The notes under the pieces were generated by a model that was given only the letters and a program-made list of their open reading frames with translations, made no database searches and was not told the origin of the DNA. Positions 29,222-64,000 of a DNA stretch of 64,000 bases are shown piece after piece. The DNA comes from Chrysomallon squamiferum (lineage: Eukaryota; Animalia; Mollusca): contig CM022679.1 of the NCBI GenBank assembly GCA_012295275.1, positions 2,666,001-2,730,000 of the forward strand. The letters are read 5' to 3'. Position numbers and translations under genes: made by a program. Position 1 is the first letter of the stretch; each line of letters opens with the position of its first letter.

Positions 29222-30497
29222 TGAAATCTGAGTATGTGTTTCGTCTCCATAATTTTGTCTGTAAATTAAATATTATAATTAATAGTCATCTACCAAAAAC
29301 TGTTATTCACTAGATCTAATCAAACATCTACCCGGATATCATAGTACCCTCGAACCGTTTCTCTTCTAATTTACAAAAATAACGTCACAATACTTTATAA
29401 CACTCGAAATGAGTGGAAATAAAATTTACAATACCATCCATCCTTTCACTTTTTTATTGTATAAAAATAACCGCATTCCGCTAGCCACAGCTATCTACCT
29501 GGTACTACAAAAACAGAAGTATGAAAATAATTGTACAATACGCTCTGCTCGGTTATGTCTAATGTGAAAAAAAAATAACATTACAAGTTATCCACACGTG
29601 TTTGTTTTTTTGATTGTATAAAAATAATTTTACAATACCATCCACCTGTTTTCTTCAGTTGTGTAAAAATAACATTACAACACTCATCTACCCATTTAAT
29701 GAAACAGTTACTGAGAAAGATAATTTTCATTATAATGTACTGAAATCTCATTAGTAGCAAGAACTTAAGTTACACAAACATTAATTCATACATGTACTTG
29801 GTGAGTTATTCTTCGTTCTAGTTCAATGATTTTTTATTTTTTATTTTTATTTTTTATTATTATTCCTGTAAGTGTGAAAGCTTAAATAAAACATTCCTTC
29901 TGTAATCGTTAAGAAAAAGACCACAGAATGAAAGAGAATTTCAACTCTCATTTGTCATCTTTAAGCAAACAATAACAACAAAATAACAAAATAAATAAAT
30001 AAATAATAGCAGTAATAATAAAGAAAAAAACAAAAACAACAATGTGATTGCATATACTGATTATCATTAATAACTAAATCTAAATGAAGTAGTTTACGAA
30101 TAACAACAAAATGTAAAATGTTTAGTCTTTCTTATAAATCTAGGTTTAAAATGCTTTCAATTTCTAATTCAGCTAGAATATTAAAGAAATGTTTTATATT
30201 TTGCTGTATTTTACTAACAAATAAACGAAACTACTGTAAGAATTTCGACTTACCATGGCGTAAAGTTAGTTTGTATATTGTATAATCATCAATATTATTA
30301 TTATTATTATTATTATTATGATATGTTCACTAGAATTATTATACAATTCATATATGTTACTTTTAGAATTCACAGGGGAAATGAACTCTGTAGTTTATTT
30401 CTGCCCTGAAAAAAGAAATATGCACGTGCTAGAGGGTAAGTAACAGATGAACGTGCAGAACGGGGAAAAGAAAACGTAGTCACATGACTACTCTGTC

Positions 30498-30592
30498 GTA
30501 ATAAATAGGTTGACTGTTGATCTGATGTGGTCACTTGTCATCTTTTTTTTTTCTGCACGCCTTGCTGCCTTGGAAAGTTTGTTCACGTAAGG
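30498..30592 (+). promoter_or_regulatory. Candidate TATA-like box, initiator and non-coding first exon of the peptide precursor gene
   Basis: TAATAAATAG near 30499-30508, TCACTT about 30 nt downstream (30531), donor candidates CAC|GTAAGG (30587) or AAG|GTTAAG (30592). The coding ATG sits 1 nt after an acceptor (TTCAG|A ATG), which implies an upstream UTR exon. Inference only. Confidence 0.35.
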
Positions 30593-30737
30593 TTAAGTTT
30601 AATTTTAATTTTTGTTTTTGAAACATTATTGTGAACGTGATGTGATTAAATTTTCAAACAATTATTGCTTTAGCATTAATAATATAATAAATATCTTTGT
30701 AAAATTACTAACGAGAATAAGTTTATTTTGCTTCAGA

Positions 30738-31520
30738 ATGAAGACCACATATTTCTTGCTGGTTCTGTTGTCCTTGACCTTGGTTCCTGAAAACGTGGAC
30801 GGCTGGTTCTTCCGATCCGTGCGAAGAATTCGCGTCAGTCCGTATCACACACTTGGTTGTATGGCGGCCTGTAAGTGGGCCAGGAGCTGGGCATGCAAGG
30901 TGTGCAAGAGGAAGAGAGGACTGGACGTGCGTGCTCCTCCAGCAGAGGTATTTACCAAATATAACTAATTTAATATAAAAACTTTAATATCAAATTCTGA
31001 TGTAAACGCAAAAAGGTTCTTCGTAAACGTCATGGATTAAAAATGTCCTTTGAATTTTCAGGATGCTGACGATGTCGCAGCTATGAAAGAACTGGATCTG
31101 GACGGAGATGGTTTTGCTGACCTGCATGAAATCTCTGTAGCATCGGGTCTGAAACCCACAAACGTGGTTCAAATGAAAAAATTCCACGCTGCAGATATTA
31201 ACGGTATGCCTCTTGCATACAAGATGATAACAATACCGGAACAAATTTATTTAAAACTGCAAAATGTAAAATTTATTTGTAATTTGTAATATTTTATTCG
31301 CATAAAAGTATTTTTTAAATTTTAGGTGATGGTAAACTGAATGTAGCTGAATTGGATGATTTCAATTTCGTAGATAAAGATGAACGTAAGTATACTCATT
31401 TCTTAAAATACATTTGGAACAAGTTCGTCTGTATATAAACCCCATACTTTTTTGTTTTATAAAAATGACTGCTATCTAGTTATAGAAGCTGTTGACGAAG
31501 ACGGAGCTGACGAAGATTGA
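30738..31520 (+). CDS. Secreted prepropeptide, 150 aa: signal peptide, cationic Cys4 peptide, KRKR site and acidic two-EF-hand C-terminal domain (putative antimicrobial or bioactive peptide precursor)
   Basis: Exons 30738-30947, 31062-31203, 31326-31385, 31480-31520 (453 nt, GT-AG, phases 0/1/1). Protein: MKTTYFLLVLLSLTLVPENVDG / WFFRSVRRIRVSPYHTLGCMAACKWARSWACKVC / KRKR / GLDVRAPPAEDADDVAAMKELDLDGDGFADLHEISVASGLKPTNVVQMKKFHAADINGDGKLNVAELDDFNFVDKDELIEAVDEDGADED*. EF loops DLDGDGFADLHE and DINGDGKLNVAE. AATAAA at 31591. The tandem paralog has the same exon structure. The gene model is strong; the function is inferred. Confidence 0.88.
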
Positions 31521-32049
31521 ATTCGTGACGTCGCACCATGAATCCATATAGATTCGTCAGTCGATTTAAAATGTCAAGGGCAAATGGGTCAATAAATGTA
31601 TCGAAGAAAAATGTTTTGTTTTGTTTGTCGGAAACAAACACGTACTTGTATAAAACATCGGGAATTTCAAATGTCAAAATGACATTCGATAACTGTTACA
31701 ATACAATACCACAGAAGATTTAAAATTTCGGTTTTATTGTCGAATGATAACTAAAAAGGTTTCAAGTAACTGCGTTGTGTCACTTTTTAATTATCATTAT
31801 GTAATAAAATGTTAACTTCTCCACTACATAATTCAGATGCCCTGGATCATATTAAATATTAACGGAACGGATATCGGTAAACGTAGCTGTTAGTAATTGT
31901 TACATCAGAATAACTTTATATGAAAATTACATTTACAACACAATTAAACACTTCATATTTTTAAAATTATAATTACTGTTTTTATTTATTTTACACACAC
32001 ACGCGCACACACACCCGCACACGCGCGGGCACCCCCACACTCACTCGCA

Positions 32050-32092
<43 letters not shown>

Positions 32093-32100
32093 CGACATAC

Positions 32101-32146
32101 GAACCAAGGTCAAGGTCAGAGATGTACCAAGAAATACGTGGTCTTT
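32101..32146 (-). pseudogene. Inverted fragment of the signal-peptide coding sequence
   Basis: Reverse complement AAAGACCACGTATTTCTTGGTACATCTCTGACCTTGACCTTGGTTC aligns to 30741-30786 and 32316-32363. Confidence 0.75.
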
Positions 32147-32310
32147 GTTGTGGAGTTTTTCATGTACGTATTTCAAACAGCAAGATGTTTTATTTTAAAT
32201 CTAAATATGTACCTAACAATTTCAAAGATCAAAATTTTATTTCACTTGTACATCGATAAAAAAAAGAAATTGTTGGTTGTGAAGTAATTTAATATTGATG
32301 CTTTTATATC

Positions 32311-33083
32311 GGAACGAAGACCACGTATTTCTTGTTGGTTCTGCAAGACCTTGACCTTGGTTTCTGAAAACGTGGACGGCTGGTTCTTCCGATCCGTGCG
32401 AAGAATTCGCGTCAGTCCGTATCACACACTTGGTTGTATGGCGGCCTGTAAGTGGGCCAGGAGCTGGGCATGCAAGGTGTGCAAGAGGAAGAGAGGACTG
32501 AACCTGCGAGCTCCTCATGCAGAGGTATTGAAATATCAGTTAAAAATATTCAATTAATCACCAGATAAGACTAATCAAATTTTTTGAATTAAACATTATC
32601 TTATGAATTTCAGGATGATGACGATGTCACAGCTTTGAAAGACTGGATCTGAACGGAGATGGTTTTGCTGACCTGCATGAAATCTCTGTAGCATCGGGTC
32701 TGAAACCCACAAACGTGGTTCAAATGAAAAAATTCCACGCTGCAGACAGAAACGATAAGTAATACGTAATGTTCACCAGAATCGAGTGAAATCTGAAACT
32801 CTAAAAATTTTAAACTTAAATCTAAACTGTTTATAACGGATAAAACAAACTTAATAGCAATAATTTTTTTCCTGCAATGACAAACTAATGTGGCTGAATT
32901 AGACGACTTCAGGTTTATGGATAAAAATAAACGTAAGTAACAAAACGATTTTGAAAATCGATTAATTTTGAATACATGAACAAATCTTCAAAAAGTCAAA
33001 TTGTTTCCACTTTTAGTTGTTGAAGCGGTTGACGAAGACGGCGCAGACGTCACACCCTGTATCGATCGACATCACAATTTGTA
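32311..33083 (+). pseudogene. Tandem pseudogenised paralog of the EF-hand peptide precursor
   Basis: All four exons are recognisable (about 32314-32524, 32614-32754, 32877-32932, 33017-33083). Lesions: acceptor AG>GG (32311), ATG>ACG (32314), +1 indel in the signal region (about 32344-32348), 1-nt deletion near 32642, donor GT>AT (32755), and a lost acceptor plus indel in the third exon. Confidence 0.85.
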
Positions 33084-35015
33084 AATGTGGTAAAATGGTG
33101 GAATAAAAATAAAAATTACTTGGTGAGGTCTTTAAATTGTTCTCTGTAAAATCTGATTCCTTAAGGAAAGGTGAAGAATTACGATCTGATTCTTAGACCG
33201 ATTTCCAGGTGGATACAAGTTTTACGAGGCATTTAACAACTCCATACAATCAATAAATGATGCAAAAATGAAGCATGAACTAGCCTGCACGTTTTGAAAT
33301 GAAGGATAAATATTCTATTTTACTGGCAAAATTAGTGAAATAATGGACAAAAAAAATAAAAAAAAAAGTTTGTTAGACATCCTTTATTTAAACTGGAGTT
33401 TGTTTTTGTTTCGTTTTTTGTTTTGTTTTTTACTTATGTGTATGTATATATATATATACAAGTAAAGTTCTTGAACGACCATTCAAACAAGATGCCTCCT
33501 CATATCATTCAGCGAATGATCATTTAGTAAAGTACAAAAACCGTGACGTGACTGGCTTACACAAATATCCGATAATATCAATAGTACCAACTTAAAAGCG
33601 TTTCCTGTACAGACATGCCACGTTGATTTTATCTCAAGTATTTCATGAAATATGGCACAAAAGGAGACTCGGTTTGCTTGATGGTTTATAACTTTCATCC
33701 ACAGCAGAAATGATCGGTTGATGGCTGTTTATCCGGTAGTTTTACTACTCGTTTCCATTAGTGTCGCACGAAGTAATCGTTAACCAATTGTTCTTTCTTT
33801 TTGATGAAATGTTAATTTAAAACAAAAAAAATTGCTAACGAATTCCATTCCATCGGTATTACTTATGAGAATTTTTAAAATTAAAACTGAAAAATGAAAT
33901 AAGTATGCAGACACATGTACATGCTCACACATTTATCATTTATTAAACAGTTACAGGTACAGGTCTAGCATACATAAATGTACCTAAACGGGGAAACTAT
34001 ATACTCGTGCTGTTTTCTTGACAACGAAGTGCGAACAGAAAACAAATTTACAACCAAGACGGTCTGCTTCTCTAGGAAACGTGATTAATGGCACTGGAAA
34101 GGTCTCTTTTTCAACCATTAATCGTTCCTCGTTGAATGGAAGCCATTTTTGCATTCAGCCGATTGGCGTATCAGTTTTCAGTATCCATGCATTGCGCCAG
34201 TCACGGGCATGCGGTCTAAAATGCTTCAACACGTTAGCTGATCTCGAGTTAATAACCTTTTGTTGTAAGTTAAAAACTTGAAGGTATTTTACAGGTTTTT
34301 AAAGACTGTTCGAAAGTTGAACACTAGTTTGGTTTTTCTGGCTCGTGACGGCTGAAATGGACCATGGTGTGTTTGTCTATCTCAACATTTGTGTATCTGC
34401 AAATAATTTATGTACATACATTCACAGGTTCAGTGTGTGTGTTTGGGTGTGAGGGAGGGGCAAAGGTCATATGTGTGTATGTGCATGTTTGTGGAAATAG
34501 TCCATACAGAAAGTACCACATAATCGCGCACAGACATACAGACTTACTGAACAACACAAAACGTTCAGAAGGCGAGACAGAAGAAGAACAGCAATAATGC
34601 TGACATATATAAAACTAAGTGAACAAATAACTGCTGCAGAAATTCACTGAACCAATAACATTTTGATAATGGTGATAAAAACGTGGTGGTCATTTAATAG
34701 ATTATAAATTATTACAATATAATTAATGTGAAATAACATAAATAATATATTAGCAAACTTCAAAGTCACTGTTTTATTATTATTAAGTAACAAAATATTA
34801 TAATTGAAAATATATTCGTTCTGATTAGCACGTTAATTTTTTCGCTCACTCCTTGTTTAGTCCAAGAATATAATGACTGCCTTTTAATAACGACATATAT
34901 AAATAAATAAATAGATATATCAGCAATGATAGGCATTACTATTTGTAATGTAAGAAAGAATTATTTACCAACACATTTTTGAGTGATTAAAACTCACAGA
35001 GTATTAAAATAATAG

Positions 35016-35311
35016 GAAAGAGGAAACGGCAGTTATCACTCTATAAGCTATCGTTGAGTTTTTCTCGGATATTTAATATTTTTATTTAGCGAAGGATATT
35101 GTTTGTGCACCTTGCTGTAGGCAGGGAAAACGCACACCGCAGTTTTTGATATTCGTTCGCGGAACACACTGAAAATTCAAATTTTCTTTAGACTTGACAG
35201 CACATACCAAGGTCTTTCGTGCGACCAAGAAATAAAATCAGTAATTCACCGAGGAAAATCGTACACACGACCCACTGCACTCTAAACAAGAGTTCTGGCC
35301 ACTAAACTACA
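35016..35311 (-). mobile_element. Degenerate tRNA-derived SINE-like remnant
   Basis: Minus strand begins TGTAGTTTAGTGG (A-box-like), followed by GGGTCGTGTGTACGATTTTCC (decayed B-box region), then a body (GGTATGTGCT...GGTGCAC...GTTTCCTCT) reminiscent of molluscan SINEs. Possibly related decayed pieces at about 6177-6320 and 46320-46505. Recognition from memory, not from a search. Confidence 0.4.
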
Positions 35312-35918
35312 GCCGGTGGTGTGTCCCCAGTGTACCGGTGTTGTTGTTGAGCAAAAATAATCTAATACATTATTGAAATGACCACATTACGCTAGCTCGG
35401 CGAGAGAGCCAACTTTTTCCCAGCATAGTCGTAAAGCTTAGTTACGCAGACTGTTGTGTTAACGTTAATAATTTAAACCTACACGTAAAATCCATAAAGA
35501 GAGAGATCTGAAATTCTGATAATTTCGATCGTGAAAAGGTTAAAAAAATAAAAAATAATAAAAAATGTAAGAAAAATGCGTAGCAGTTACAAACATTATA
35601 ATTCCCCAGCCATCCCTTACTTCAACAGCAAATCCAACGAAACAACTGTATATATATATATATATAATAAAAAAAAAGAGAAAGTAACAGAGTTAGAAAG
35701 AGCGACAGATACAGAGAATGTTAATTCCTATTTGTTTTTTTTTTTATTTTTTAACACCTAAATTCATATTTAATATTTTTTGTTGTGAAACTAGAGAAGA
35801 AACCAGCTTCCGTTCTTAACTATTAGATAGGTATTTCTAATACGTAGTCTGGTTACTTGAAATGGTTTTGATAAACTAGCTGTGAGAGGTGTTGGTTTGA
35901 AAACAAAATAATAGTCAA

Positions 35919-36019
<101 letters not shown>

Positions 36020-36894
36020 ATATTAAGAATTAAAGTGGAATATAATAAAGAAATAATTTTAGTGCAATTTATACACGGTTTTAATATTGTATTTATTTTT
36101 ATTTAGATATGCATTTCACATTATTTTAATTGATGTCATAATTAAAAACTAATAATAATAATAATAATAATAATAGAAACAATAATAATTATAATTATTG
36201 TTATTATTATTATTATGACAAGTATAATGATCAATGTAATGATGATTGCCTTGATTCAAATACCCAGAAATCTCGAAAACAAACACTTAATGGGTCGAGC
36301 AAGTATCGATCCTGCTACCTCTAGCTCTTAATTCCGGTCTTAACTGGCGTTACGTGCCGCCGTTTAACCGGTGCTGTAGAGTATATCTATCAGTATGACG
36401 GATAGGCGTGACAGTCTTCACCTGGCTTCGGTAACTTAACCACGATTCTGTCCATTTATCTTAACCAACGAAGACAGCCACATTACAGAACACCAGTAGA
36501 CCGCCTGGCGCATTAATCTCGCAAGTAGTTCACGTGACCAGTGGAAACAGATTAACAATCATACTTGGATTGGGATATTATCCGTCGATTTATTATTTTA
36601 AAGCCGATCACCACAAGTGTAGTGTCGATTCGCTCCAGCAATTATTTTGTTGTGTACGCGAAGCCATTTTTTGTGAGACTGACATGGGCTGAAGCGTTCG
36701 GCAATCTCAAGTAACAATAACCACCGTTAGTTGGTGATAATATACAACTACACACATATAGCTCTACCTGTAATCTGTTTCAAGGAAATTAGCAGCCGCT
36801 GTGTGTGTCGATATATACCTTCAACTTACACTTCTAGTGTCAAAGGATTTTATGTTTCGGTTTGAAATGGAGAGTGAAACCAATATGTTAGAAA

Positions 36895-64000
<27,106 letters not shown>

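Noticed and set aside
30370-30475. GGGGAAA motifs upstream of the peptide gene as NF-kB sites
   Set aside because: They lack the 3' pyrimidine/CC half-site, so they do not support immune regulation.
36290-36365. tRNA-like sequence on the minus strand (T-arm-like hairpin GCAGG-ATCGATA-CTTGC)
   Set aside because: No convincing D arm, anticodon arm or acceptor stem could be built; at most a SINE or tRNA relic.

Overview
AT-rich, microsatellite-rich eukaryotic genomic DNA with spliceosomal introns; it looks like an invertebrate animal, most likely a mollusc (inference, not established). Manual exon chaining gives four protein-coding genes and one pseudogene. (1) A complete 31-coding-exon ABCA-subfamily lipid transporter, closest in motifs to ABCA5 (+, 1804-21489, about 1672 aa). 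(2) A minus-strand DUF1647-like putative glycosyltransferase-fold gene (26472 to about 29221; start uncertain). (3) A small 4-coding-exon gene (+, 30738-31520, 150 aa): signal peptide, 34-aa cationic Trp/Arg-rich peptide with 4 Cys, KRKR convertase site, and an acidic tail with two canonical EF-hands. (4) A decayed tandem copy of gene 3 (32311-33083) that keeps the mature-peptide coding sequence 100% identical, plus an inverted fragment. (5) A kinesin-8 gene, KIF19 (+, from 36895, running off the window end). The best candidate for an undescribed system is the EF-hand-coupled cationic peptide precursor, a putative Ca2+-regulated host-defence peptide or toxin. Also notable: repeated tandem duplication of exon-intron junctions in three genes, a probable GC-AG intron, and a clean hAT-type MITE. 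All coordinates were read by eye and no database searches were run.
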